Shown: piece after piece, positions 31,885 through 32,000 of the stretch
How positions within the stretch are numbered: position 1 is the stretch's first letter
Layout: each line of letters opens with the position of its first letter
Assembly: GCF_037902255.1 (NCBI RefSeq)
Contig: NZ_CP147990.1
Coordinates: 3,450,001-3,482,000, forward strand
Direction of reading: 5' to 3'
Length of the DNA stretch: 32,000 nucleotides
DNA from: Candidatus Electrothrix sp. GW3-4
GTDB taxonomy: Bacteria > Desulfobacterota > Desulfobulbia > Desulfobulbales > Desulfobulbaceae
Notes under the pieces: model-generated
Seen by the model: the letters and a program-made list of their open reading frames with translations, nothing else
Databases searched by the model: none
What the model was told of the DNA's origin: nothing
Program-made: the position numbers and the translations under genes

Positions 31885-32000
31885 ATGAATCCAGTAAGCT
31901 CAAAAGGCCTGCAATTTCTTTTCCATACAGGGGCGTTGGATCTTATCCATGCATTATGGCCTCCCAGAGTGACTGTCCTCGCCTATCACCGGGTAACCGA
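31885..32000 (+). CDS. 5' end of a probable polysaccharide deacetylase-family gene (truncated by the window edge)
   Basis: ATG at 31885 opens MNPVSSKGLQFLFHTGALDLIHALWPPRVTVLAYHRVT. The hydrophobic-x-YHR(V/L) opening resembles LLVFNYHRL of the deacetylase at 23649. Only 38 codons are visible. Confidence 0.4.
   Translation, partial: MNPVSSKGLQFLFHTGALDLIHALWPPRVTVLAYHRVT

Noticed and set aside
1-32000. A search by eye for CRISPR arrays, tRNA/rRNA genes, transposases/integrases, toxin-antitoxin pairs and known multi-gene defence systems.
   Set aside because: I saw no regularly spaced short repeats, no cloverleaf-compatible or rRNA-like segments, and no ORF with recombinase, transposase or known defence-system motifs. 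The only defence-flavoured gene is the isolated NERD protein at the window edge.

Overview
This 32-kb window looks like a Desulfobacterota (deltaproteobacterium-like) genome, judged only from the protein families present. I found no rRNA, tRNA, CRISPR array, transposase or integrase.

**Layout**
- **1-3.9 kb, + strand.** A membrane NERD/Zn-ribbon protein, then a Cache-type transmembrane sensor. The sensor's only cytoplasmic module is a Cys4 tail (ICSFCKKIRDDKGYW...ICPEC). A secreted CGYC thioredoxin-fold protein and an orphan protein follow. The sensor and thioredoxin genes share a related upstream element ending in TTGACA-N17-TAnnnT.
- **3.9-8.8 kb, - strand, visibly GC-richer.** A translationally coupled BatB/BatC fusion, BatD and a BatE-like gene. 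No MoxR, DUF58 or BatA lies beside them.
- **9.0-32 kb, + strand.** A YkgJ-type Cys-cluster protein, a ~550-bp gap that becomes extremely A/T-rich, then a co-directional Wzx/Wzy-type exopolysaccharide (EPS) locus of more than 22 kb that runs off the window.

**EPS locus contents, in order**
- 4TM + degenerate-GGDEF protein
- Priming sugar transferase
- Secreted CBM + glycosidase-like protein
- Wza-like lipoprotein
- Kinase-less chain-length determinant
- CelD-like GNAT
- O-antigen-ligase/Wzy-like protein
- Synthase-like GT2
- Flippase
- Two GT4 glycosyltransferases
- Frameshifted NodB-type deacetylase
- Secreted beta-helix protein
- Sulfotransferase
- AsnB-type amidotransferase
- 5' end of a second deacetylase-like gene

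**Most unusual signals**
1. A sharply bounded 132-nt element occurs twice inside the EPS locus (117/132 identical) and has long-range inverted arms.
2. The Cache sensor ends in a Cys4 output tail with no function known to me.
3. A PelD-like protein at the head of the locus keeps an RxxD motif but has lost GGDEF.
4. The deacetylase gene is broken at an A7 tract.
5. The beta-helix gene contains a 297-bp tandem duplication (258/260 identical in its core).
6. The EPS locus is strongly mosaic in base composition.

All functional calls come from motif recognition by eye. No database search was run.
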